From positions 496,001-560,000 of the forward strand of contig JASTWF010000244.1 of assembly GCA_030390025.1 (NCBI GenBank): a stretch of DNA of 64,000 bases, in the 5' to 3' direction. This DNA comes from Squalus acanthias (lineage: Eukaryota). Position 1 is the stretch's first letter, and each line of letters begins with the position of its first letter. Shown one piece after another: positions 13,429-23,126 of the stretch. The position numbers and the translations under genes are program-made. The notes below the pieces were generated by a model. That model searched no databases. It was not told where the DNA came from and was given only the letters and a program-made list of their open reading frames with translations.

Positions 13429-14938
13429 CAGAATTCATTAGACTCGGGAACAGTGCCCATGGATTGGAGGGTAGCTAACGTTACCCCACTATTCAAAAAG
13501 GGGGGTAGGGAAAAAGCAGGTAATTACAGACCTGTAAGCCTTACATCAGTTGTGGGCAAAATGCTGGAGTCCATCATTAAGGATGAAATAGCCGAGCACT
13601 TAGCAAATGGGGACAGGATAGGACAGAGTCAACATGGATTTACAAAGGGTAAATCGTGCTTGACTAATCTATTGGAATTTTTTGAGGGAGTAACGGGTAA
13701 AATAGATGGGGGAGAGCCAGTAGATGTGGTGTACCTGGACTTCCAAAAGGCCTTCGATAAGGTCCCACATAAAAGATTAGCATGGAAAATTGAAGCTCAT
13801 GGGATAAAGGGGAAAGTATTGACGTGGATAGAGAACTGGCTGTCAGATAGAAAACAGAGAGTTGGAATAAACGGCTCATTTTCTGAATGGCAGGCAGTAA
13901 CAAGTGGGGTACCACAGGGATCTGTCCTGGGTCCCCAGCTGTTCACAATTTATATTAATGACCTGGATCAGGGAGTCGAATGCAGCATTTCCAAATTTGC
14001 AGACGACACTAAACTAGGAGGGGGGGTGGGCTCAGAGGAGGAGACCAGGAAGCTCCAGAGCGATTTGGACAGACTGGGTGATTGGGCGGATAAATGGCAG
14101 ATGCACTATAATGTGGACAAGTGCGAAGTTATCCACCTTGGGTGCAGGAACGGGAGGGCAAATTATTATTTAAATGGCAATAAATTGGGAGAGGGGGAAG
14201 TACAGAGAGACCTGGGTGTTCTTGTACACCAGTCACTGAAGGCGAGCATGCAGGTGCAACAGGCGGTCAAGAAGGCAAACGGTATGCTGGCCTTCATAGC
14301 AAAAGGGTTGGAATACAGGAACAGGGATACCTTGCTGCAGCTGTACAGGGCACTGGTGAGACCACACCTCGAGTACTGTGTACAGTTTTGGTCGCCTCAT
14401 CTGAGGAAAGATGTTCTTGCCATGGAGGGGGTGCAGCGGCGATTCACCAGGCTGATACCAGGAATGGCGGGATTGACCTATGAGGAGAGACTATGTAGTT
14501 TAGGGATGTACACACTGGAGTTTAGAAGATTGAGAGGGGACCTCATAGAAGTGTATAAAATTCTGACAGGTCTAGACAGATTAGATGCAGAAGGAATGTT
14601 TCCCTTGGCGGGTGAGAACAGAACTAGAGGACATAATTTAAGGATAAGGGCTAAACCATTTAGGACAGAAATGAGGGGGAATTTCTTCACTCAGAGAGTG
14701 GTGAACCTGTGGAACTCATTGCCACAGAGGGCAGTGTACGCCAGCTCATTAAATATATTTAAGAGGGAATTAGATATATTTCTACAGGCAAAAGGGGTTA
14801 AGGGTTACGGAGAGAAGGCGGGGACGGGATACTGAATTGAAGGATCAGCCATGATCTCATTAAATGGCGGAGCAGGCTCGAAGGGCCGGATGGCCTACTC
14901 CTGCTCCTATCTTCTATGTATCTATGTATCTATGTATC
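13429..14938 (+). mobile_element. Young 5'-truncated CR1 (HER1-like) LINE with an uninterrupted RT frame
   Basis: Open frame from QNSLDSGTVP to the stop at 14835 with all RT motifs (FADDTK). It has a 3' UTR and a (TCTATGTA)3 tail. The host element sequence rejoins across the insertion. Confidence 0.95.
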
Positions 14939-15699
14939 TCAACTTCAGCTGCCATCTATTCCATCAGCATCGGTGTCCTTCAAAAAATCTCACCTTGGTC
15001 CTCAGAATCCCACCAGATCAGCCCCAACACCAACATCACCAGGCACACCAGCAGCACCAACAACAACACCAACCTTCTCCGCAATCACTTGATGCTGGAC
15101 AGGACACAGGGCATCAGCACCTGACCACATTGCTGCCTGGGAGGCCAGCGATGGCCTCACCATGGCCAGATTAACTTCACTTGATGCTGTACTCCTGGCT
15201 GCCTCATGGTGCGCCAGATTGGCACCACCCCACACCAGCACCATAAACCATCCCTGCAATGCCTAAGCCATTCCTTTCACACTCATCACCATTGGGGGGC
15301 GGGGTGGGTGGTGTGGGTGCCCTTATGTCTCACCAATCACTACAACTCACTAAGCCACTTCCAAAGGTGCACACAAATCTGTCCAAGAAGGCAGTGTTGA
15401 AAATAAAGATTTCAATGTTTGACAACACATTAGCAGAAACTCTACATGAACATTGGCTAAAAGACCCAAGTGCATACCCTTGTGTGTTGTTAGTTGGTAT
15501 GATTGGACAAGGATAAGGGTGAGTGTGAGGGGTGGCTAGTGAGATGGGGATGTGATAATGTAGATAGAGAGAGAGGGATGGGTGAAGGTGCAAGGTAAGT
15601 TGGTGTGAGTAAGGATGTGCAGGAGTAGGGTAGGGAAGGCAGAGTTATGGGGATGTGATGAGTGGCACAGCAGGATAAGATTGAGTGTGGCTTTGCACT

Positions 15700-15965
15700 A
15701 ATGTTTCATGATCTACTGAGATCATTGAAAGGTTTGCACCACTGCAGCCAGGCCGTCCTGACGATATCCCTTCTTGTGTCCTCCTGTGCAATGTGCAACC
15801 AGGCTGCGTGGTCTCCTGGGGAGGTCTCTTCTGCCCATTAGAAGGGAAGAGAAGGGAGTCATGGGAGAGCCTGGGAGCAGCCGTGCACCTCTGTGCAGTG
15901 CTCGTCAGTGCTTGCAGCACCTCAGCACACTGACAGCACAACTGTCAAAATCAATGTGGACATGG
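15700..15965 (-). pseudogene. Remnant of the Harbinger Myb/SANT-like (trihelix, NAIF1-like) DNA-binding protein
   Basis: Minus-strand translation with one frameshift gives AAPRLSHDSL..LFPSNGQKRPPQETT / AAWLHIAQEDTRRDIVRTAWLQWCKPFNDLSRS. This matches the W..IA......R.W.QC.K.FNDL helix pattern. Confidence 0.72.
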
Positions 15966-16285
15966 TGCCTTTAAGGAAACCAGCTGATGACATGTCATCA
16001 AATGACGTCATCAGACCCGCTTCCTTTTAATTGGCCAGGAACCTTGCAGGGCGCGGTTAACAATCCCAATCAGGCCAAAATCACTTCAACAGAGCGCAAT
16101 AGAACCGGGAGCAGGGTTGCAGTTCGTCACCTACCTCGGCCGCACTTAGCCCGCCTCGGTTAAGCTGTTTACCGTGGCACTAAAGCCACTCTCACGGTGA
16201 CAGGTGTAATTCAAATCCAAATAATTCAAATTTAAAAAGAATAAACTATCAGTGACTGTGCATACTTCCCTCCACATTACCCTTT

Positions 16286-17090
16286 GGGGGCGATTTTGTT
16301 AATGGGGGCGCGTTGGAGGCGGGACTGCTGCTTGACGGGTCGATGTCCCGCCTCCATCGATTTGTGGCCAACCCACGCTTAGCAAGCCAATTAAGGGAAA
16401 GCCGATTGCAGAGAATGTCAACGTATGACGTTTCATCAGTCAAAAAATTTTGACAGATGAATTGTCATCGTTTGACAACTCTATGAAGCTGTCAAACACT
16501 GACATTCTCTGCAGTTTGATGAGGTCTTGCATTCAAGACCTCATCAAACTTCTTTCTTTTACAGAAATGAGATGGTTGTTGCATCTGAGAATGCAACAGC
16601 CATCTCTCATCTGCAACACGGAGGTCCGAGACTCTCCGCATACAAACCGACTGAAGCCTGCAGGAAGAAACAAAGGTAAGTACACTTTTAAAAACACTTT
16701 GCACTTACCTCAGATACTCACCTCTACACTCTTGCAGCCATCACTTACCTTCACACCACACTTTTGCACCCCTCCCAACCCCCGCAGACCCAGTACTCGC
16801 CTCGCTGAGCTGGCGGGTTTTGGAGCCTTCGGGAAGTCCGCACTTGTGAGGGCAAAAAGGGGATAATCCTATTTTCTGCCTGTTAACTACCTGTTAACAG
16901 GCAGTTAATAGGCTTTAATCCCTTCCTGCCTCCAAGGAGACGGGACCCGGTGTAGGAAGGCTACCCGCCTCCTGGGAAGATGGCATGGAGGTGCGTTGGG
17001 GGTGAGTTGGGCACCCGCCCCCAAATTCTGCCATTTTCCCGGCAGTCCCGCCTCCATACCTGCCTCCCCAGGGCTGGCAAAATCGCCCCC
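16286..17090. mobile_element. Second Harbinger-type MITE (805 bp), inverted relative to 4288-5136
   Basis: TIRs GGGGGCGATTTTG (16286-16298) and CAAAATCGCCCCC (17078-17090). It shares internal blocks with 4288-5136 in the opposite orientation (TGCCTGTTAAC..GTTAACAGGCAG palindrome; AATTAAGGGAAAGCCGAT). No TSD recognisable. Confidence 0.8.
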
Positions 17091-17360
17091 CGAGTCATTA
17101 TATTAATGACTTGAATGAAGAAATAGAGAGTTATATATCCAAGGTGTAGATGATACTAAGTTAGGAGGCACAGTAACTCACATAGATGGGAGCAGAAAGT
17201 TAAAAGGGACGTAGACATTAAGTGAGTGGGCAAAACTGTGGCAGATTGAATTCCAATGTGGGGAAGTGTGAGGTACTCCACTTTGGATCCAAGATTGACA
17301 AATATCAATGGCGAGTGACTAGAAACTGTAGAGGAGCAAAGGGATTTCAGTGTCCATGAT

Positions 17361-20110
17361 CGCTTTTTAAAAATTCGTTCCTGGGATGTGGGTGACAAGG
17401 CCAGCATCTATTGCCCATCCCTAATTGCCCTTGAGAAGGTGGTGGTTTCTTGAACCGCTGCAGTCCTTGTGGTGAAGATACTCCCATAGTGCTGTTCGGG
17501 AGGGAGTTCCAGGATTTTGAACCAGCGAGGGTGAAGGAACAGCAATATATTTCCAAGTTAGGGTGGTGTGTAACTTGAAGGGGAACTTGCAGGTGATGGT
17601 GTTCTCAGGCACCTACTGCCCTTTTCCTTCTAGGTGGTAGAGGTCATAGGTTTGGGAGGTGCTGCAGAAAAAGCCTTGGCGAGTTGCTGCAGTGCATCTT
17701 TTGGATGGTACACACTGCAGCCACGGTGCGCCGGTGGTGGAGGGAGTGAATGTTTAAAGTGGTGGATGGGGTGCCAATCAAGCGGGCTGCTTTGTCTTGG
17801 ATTGTGTCGAGCTTCTTGAGTGTTGTTGGAGCTGCACTAATCCAGGCAAGTGGAGAGTATTCCATCAAACTCCTGACTTGTGCCTTGTAGATGGTGGAAA
17901 GGCTTTGGGGAGTCAGGAGGTGAGACACTCTCCGCAGAATACCCAGCCTCTGACCTGCTCCTGTTGCCACAGTATTTATGTGGCTGGTCCAGTTAAGTTT
18001 CTGGTCAATGGTAACCCCCAGGATGTTGATGGTGGGGGTTACCGCGATGGTAATGCCATTGAATGTCAAGAGGCAGTGGTTAGACTCTCGCTTGTTGGAG
18101 ATAGTCATTGCCTGGCACTTGTGTGGCGCAAATGTTACTTGCCACTTATCAGCCCAAGTCTGAATGTCGTCCAGGTCTTGCTGCATGGACTGCTTCATTC
18201 TCTGAGGAGTTGCGAATGGAACTGAACACTGTGCAATCATCAGCGAACATCCCCAGTTCTGACCTTATGATGGAGGAAGGTCATTGATGAAGCAGCTGAA
18301 GCTGGTTAGGCCGAGGACACTGCTCTGAGGAATTTCTGCAGCAATGTCCTGGGGCTGAGATAATTGACCTCCAACAACCACAACCATCTTCCTTTGTGCT
18401 AGGTATGACTCCAGCCAGTGGAGAGTGTTCCCCCTGATTTCCATTGACTTCAATTTTACTAGGGCTCCTTGATGCCACACTCAGTCAAATGCTGCCTTGA
18501 TGTCAAGGGCAGTCACTCTTACCTCACCTCTGGAATTCAGCTCTTTTTTCCATGTTTGGACCAAGGCTGTAATGAGGTCGGGAGCCGAGTGGTCCTGGTG
18601 GAACCCAAACTGAGCATCAGTGAGCAGGTTATTGGTGAGTAAGTGCCACTTGACAGCACTGTCAATGACACCTTCCATCACTTTGCTGATGATTGACTGA
18701 TGGGGTGGTAATTGGCCAGATTGGATTTGTCCTGCTTTTTGTGGACAGGACATACCTGGGCAGATTACCACCTTGTTGGGTAGATGCCAATGTTGTAGCT
18801 GTACTGGAACAGCTTGGCTAGAGGAGCGGCTACTTCTGGAGCACAAGTCTTCAGCATGACAGCCGGGATGTTGTCGGGGCGCATAGCCTTTGCTGTATCC
18901 AGTACACTCAGCCGTTTCTTGATATCACGTGGAATGAATTGAATTGGCTGAAGACTGGCTTCTGTGATGGTGGGGAGGAGGAGGAGGCTGATATAGATCC
19001 TCCACTCGGCACTTCTGGCTGAAGATAGTTGCAAACACTTCAGCCTTGTCTTTTGCACTCATGTGCTGGGCTACACCATCATTGAGGATGGGGATATTCA
19101 TGGAGCCTCCTCCTTCCATTAGTTGTTTAATTGTCCACCACCATTCACGACTGGATGATGCAGCACTGCAGAGCTTTCATCTGATCCGTTGATTGTGGGA
19201 TTGCTTAGCTCTGTCTATAGCATGCTGCTTCCACTGTTTAGCGTCCTTCAGGACTCGGCCAGCTTGGTCAGTAGTGGTGCTACCGAGCCACTCTTGGTGA
19301 TAGACAGTGAAGTCCTCCACCCAGAGTACATTCTGTGCCCTTGCTACCCTCAGTGCTTCTTCCAAGTGGTGCTCAACATGGAGGAGTACTGATTCACCAG
19401 CTTAGGGAGGGCGGTAGGTGGTAATCAGCAGGAGGTTTCCTTGCCCATGCTTGACCTGAAGCCATGAGACTTCATGGGGTCCATGTTGAGGACTCCCAGG
19501 ACCACTCCCTCCCGAATGTATACCACTGTGCCGCCAGCTCTGGTGGGTCTGTCCTGCCAGTGGAAGTTTGGAACATTGGCTGAAAGGTATGATTCTGTGA
19601 GTATGACTGTCAGGCAGTTGCTTGACTAGTCTGTGGGACAGCTCTCCCTGTTTTGGCTCATGTCCCCAGATGTTCGTCAGGAGGATTTTGCAGGGTCGAC
19701 TGGGCTGGGTGTGCCGTTGTCGTGTCCAAATCCGGTGCCGAGGTCGATGCCGGGTGGTCCGTCCAGTTTTATTCTTATTATTGTTTTTCGTAGTGGTTTG
19801 TTACAACTGAGTGGTTTGCTAGGCCATTTCAGAGTCAACCACATTGCTGTGGGTCTGGAGTGACATAAAGGCCAGCCCAGGTAAGGACGGCAGATTTCCT
19901 TCCCTAAAGGACATTAGTGAACCAGATGGGTTTTTACGACAATCCGATAGTTTCATGGTCACCATTACTGATACTAGCTTTTATTCCAGACTTATTTAAT
20001 TAACAGAATTTAAATTCCCCAGTTGCTGTGGTGGAATTTGAACTCACATCTCTGGATCATTAGTCTAGGCCTCTGGATTACTAGTCCAGTATCATAACCC
20101 CTATGCTACC
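17361..20110 (-). mobile_element. Non-LTR retrotransposon of a second (CR1/L2-group) family with a tRNA-derived 5' head and a decayed, internally deleted APE-RT ORF
   Basis: RT fragments DIKAAFD, PQSSVLG, FADD and QQDLDDIQTWADKWQVTF (ORFs 17644-19058). APE N-terminus TNIWG..PKQGELSHRLVKQLPD..ILTESY at ~19680-19590. 3' tail CTCAAGGGCAATTAGGGATGGGCAATA..CACATCCC at ~17380-17435. The 5' end has Pol III A- and B-box-like motifs at 20098-20108 and 20033-20045. Confidence 0.85.
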
Positions 20111-20287
20111 ATTCACAAAATCCTAAAAGCTAGTGCAGAAACAAAAAGTAATCCAACAGGGTAATGGAATGTTAGCCTTTATCTCAAGGTGGTTGGAATA
20201 CAAAGGGGAGGGATTTATGCTTCAGTTGTACAGAGCCTTGGTCAGACCCCATCGGGAGTACTGCGTTCAGTTATAGGCACCGCACCT

Positions 20288-20875
20288 TGTGGGAGCGAAA
20301 GTCCGTATTACCCAAATACCTCACTATTCTTTCTGCGCCGTCTGTGAGATCAGCACATGCTGGGTTGAAAGTTAAAACAGCTTTCTGCTGAGCATAGGTT
20401 GTAAATTGGGTAAGAGATCAAAGCAGAGGATGTCCTCACAGGAAAGACGATACTAGAAGGTGTGAGAGTCATTCAGCCATATTCAAATGTGTCAATTTGA
20501 TCACCTGTGTGTTATAGTAAAAAAATGGATGGCAAATGTGTTATTACAGTATTTAGAAGAGTTGAGAACCTGGTTGTTTAGTTTACATTGTTATTCTGTT
20601 GGCATTTGCATGTACCTTTGATGTACCATGATTTGTTGATAGTATGCATGGAATGTAGTGATCAATGGGGAAAATTAGTATAAGAAATGTAAGGCAACAC
20701 TGTTTAGTAGCACACACTGGAATCATGGAACGTGTGTGTCTCAGCAGCTCTCATACTGATTTTGTGTAGTATGAGGTTTCAATAAAGACCTGATCCAGCA
20801 TTACTACAACCGAGTGTGTGTGTAATCTGACGTTTAAAGCAATGAAATGAAAAAGAACAAGAAAGCAGTCCAACA
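20288..20875 (+). mobile_element. Solo LTR (588 bp)
   Basis: TG...CA termini with a short inverted repeat TGTGGGA/TCCAACA. 5-bp TSD CACCT (20283-20287) / CACTT (20876-20880). TATA-like motif at ~20680 and AATAAA at 20781. It interrupts the host CR1 cleanly. Confidence 0.85.
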
Positions 20876-22494
20876 CACTTCAGGAAGGATAGATTGGCCT
20901 TGGAGATTAATAAATCTATACAACTTTTAAGGAGAGGACCTACAACGGTCCCTTCCAACCTTTATTTACATGTGGTGATCAGAATACCAGAGTATAAAGG
21001 GTTAAATTATGACAACAGGTTGCATAAATTTAGCTTGTATTCCCTTAAGGGATGAGGGGTGATCTAATTGAGGTGTTTAAAATGATAAAAGGATTTGATA
21101 GAGTAGATACAGAGAAGCTATTTCCTCTGGTGGGGGAATCCAGAACAAGGGGGCACGAACTTAAAATTAGAGCTAGGCCGTTCAGGAGCGAAATCAGGAA
21201 GCATTTTTTCACACAAAGGGTAGTGGAAACATGGAATTCTCTCCCCAAAAGGCTGTGAATTCTGGGTCAATTGTAATTTTCAAGAACACGATCAACATTT
21301 TATCAGGTAAAGGTATCAAGGGACATGGATCAAAGGCGGGTAATTTGAGTTGAGGTACAGATCAGCCATGATCTAATTGAATTGTGGAAAACTCTCGAGG
21401 GGCTGAATGGTCTATTGTTCCTCGGTCCCTTGTGCAAATGTATCAAAAATTGGCACATTCCATAACGTAAATGTTACAATAAAATTATGCAACTATTGAA
21501 CCAACTGTCACCCCCCATGAGTAGTAAACAATAATAATTTACCACCCCTCCTGATCTTTTACGCTGGGTCAAAATTCAATTCGCTTGAATCAGGCTCTGC
21601 CCACAAAACTGGCCAGAATTGAGAGATTCCATCGAATGCACTGGTTCAGGAAAACTTATTTTTGGTGATAAACCCATTTTATTAATAAAACTTCACCAGG
21701 TTACCACTCTTAAATACATCAAGGAATACTTTTTAATGGAAAGTGAAGAAAAAGAAGCAATTATGTTCTATTACGATGCCCGATTGTGCTGGTTCATGGA
21801 AGATTTTACGTTTGCAATAATGCAAATGAATTTTAGCGGAAACTTGAAGCGTAACTTAACCAGCACAATTTCAATTTATTGATTGCACCCAAAGCAGAAA
21901 CTCTATCTCATTGTACTTAAATTTACAAAGATTAATAACATTGTATTACAGTGCAACATTAAAACATATCACAGTGACTTCATGATAAAGAGTACTTATT
22001 ATTATGGAAATAATCTTTACATTTTTTAAAGTTCTCTGTTAAAAGAGTAAACAGAAAAGAAAAGGCACATAAAAGTATGAGTTTAGATGAGTAAAGTTCT
22101 TAGGCATCATAAAAGTACTATAACATCAGATATTGTAGGTGGTTTGTGACTCGTGTGCAGTCCAGACCAGACCAGACTCTACCATTAACAATTATTTTTT
22201 TAAATAACTGTAGAAGTTACTGTACAGTGATGCAGTTGGAGATTAGACAACGATGAGTATTTCTTGGTGCCATGAACAACAGGAACAAGTCAGGATGATA
22301 GTGAATTCTCCTTCCTGAAATCATAGACAGGGGAGGTAAAGAGCAGAGAACACTATACTGAGAATAATAAATCATAACTCATTTTAGCTGTATTTCTGAG
22401 AGTGGGAAACTTCACCGGAAAAACTTCAAACTGTTGCATTTGTGCCTTCATTTTGTAAAAGAGGAAGTAAAAGAAAAATCAGATCATTAATATC

Positions 22495-22655
22495 CATCTG
22501 ATGGAGAAAGCAAGATGACAAGACACAAAGCTAAAATCATCCTCTTTGAACTGGAAACACCAACATTTCAATGATTTTCCCCTCAGGAAATATATCTCTG
22601 AAAACCTGCAGTTTAACAGCGTCTCGGAATTATTAGGCTGTTTTACTTTCGTTAT
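22495..22655 (-). pseudogene. Degenerate duplicate of exon 1 (leader) and proximal promoter, inside intron 1
   Basis: Aligns with 22968-23115. It reads ATG(22540)-MILALCLVILLSPS versus MRILPLCVVIVPFISLS. The donor is lost (TCAG|AT instead of TCAG|GT). A degenerate IRF-like site TTACTTTCGTT lies at ~22643. Confidence 0.7.
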
Positions 22656-22968
22656 TACACAGCCATTTATTAATAGAGTTAAGGAGAAAAGTCACTTAAG
22701 AATCACGATACTGCACAGCCCAACCCTTTTGTATTTTGGGTCGAAATAAATATCAAGACAAGTATTTCAATTACTGAACGTTTTGATAAATCATTAGTAG
22801 AAACTAAATCCGTGCAGCACATCAGAGGGACTAACGTCTTTGTGCTTGTACGGAGAATTGGTCTGAAGCAAAGTAAAGGTCGAACTTATGATCCAAAACC
22901 ACATTACACGGTTGTTTGTCCAGTCTATCAATGCCAAACAATCTGACCCAAGAGAAACCAGGACCTAC

Positions 22969-23020
22969 CTGATAATGAAATGAAAGGCACGATGACAACA
23001 CACAAAGGTAAGATCCTCAT
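22969..23020 (-). CDS. Exon 1 (signal peptide) of the B7-H6/NCR3LG1-like gene
   Basis: aaagATGA start at 23020 encodes the hydrophobic leader MRILPLCVVIVPFISLS plus G, followed by donor G|gtagg. The phase-1 end joins in frame to the IgV exon (G+GC = Gly, then TLELEIF). Linking it to exon 2 across 14,164 bp is an inference. Confidence 0.78.
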
Positions 23021-23100
23021 CTTTGAATTGGAAAGTACATCCTTTATTCACCTGGGATTATATTCCTGAAGATCTGCTGGGCAAAGTACAGGGATGATTT

Positions 23101-23126
23101 TTACTTTCACTTCACTGATTCCGCCC
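23101..23126 (-). promoter_or_regulatory. Putative proximal promoter: IRF-E/ISRE-like site plus GC box
   Basis: Minus-strand AAGTGAAAGT (23103-23112) is the IRF1/2 and PRDI-type consensus. GGGCGG at 23121-23126 lies ~80-105 bp upstream of the ATG. Confidence 0.6.

Larger units (their letters stand above)
12916..16165. mobile_element. Harbinger-derived non-autonomous element with a decayed Myb/SANT-like ORF, interrupted by a CR1
   Basis: The left end AGGCCGGAATCTT resembles the MITE TIR. 13170-13428, 14939-14960 and 15950-16165 are homologous to the 4288-5136 MITE (GACAGATCGCTTC..CAGCTGCCATCT; CCTTTAAG.AAACC..C.GATGA...GTCATCAA.TGA.GTCATC..TTAATTGGCCAG). The right TIR is eroded. Confidence 0.72.
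17092..21430 (+). mobile_element. Old CR1 LINE 3' fragment broken into three pieces (17092-17360, 20111-20287, 20876-21430) by nested insertions
   Basis: CR1 RT-region sequence is colinear across the insertions (..GGGATTTCAGTGTCCAT | ATTCACAAAATCCTAAAAGC.. and ..GCACCGCACCT | CAGGAAGGATA..). ORF 21052..21258 reads RGDLIEVFK..WNSLP. 3' tail at ~21360-21430. Confidence 0.85.

Noticed and set aside
14851-15174. Gln/His-rich 107-aa ORF
   Set aside because: It begins in the CR1 3' UTR and runs into low-complexity CAN-repeat sequence of the Harbinger-derived element, with no gene structure.
12908-16194. 9-bp direct repeat CCACTCTCA (12908-12916 and 16186-16194) as TSD of the large Harbinger-derived element
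   Set aside because: It does not fit the 3-bp TSD of the family and lies ~20 bp beyond the recognisable right end. It may be chance or a repeat in the flanking CR1 5' UTR.
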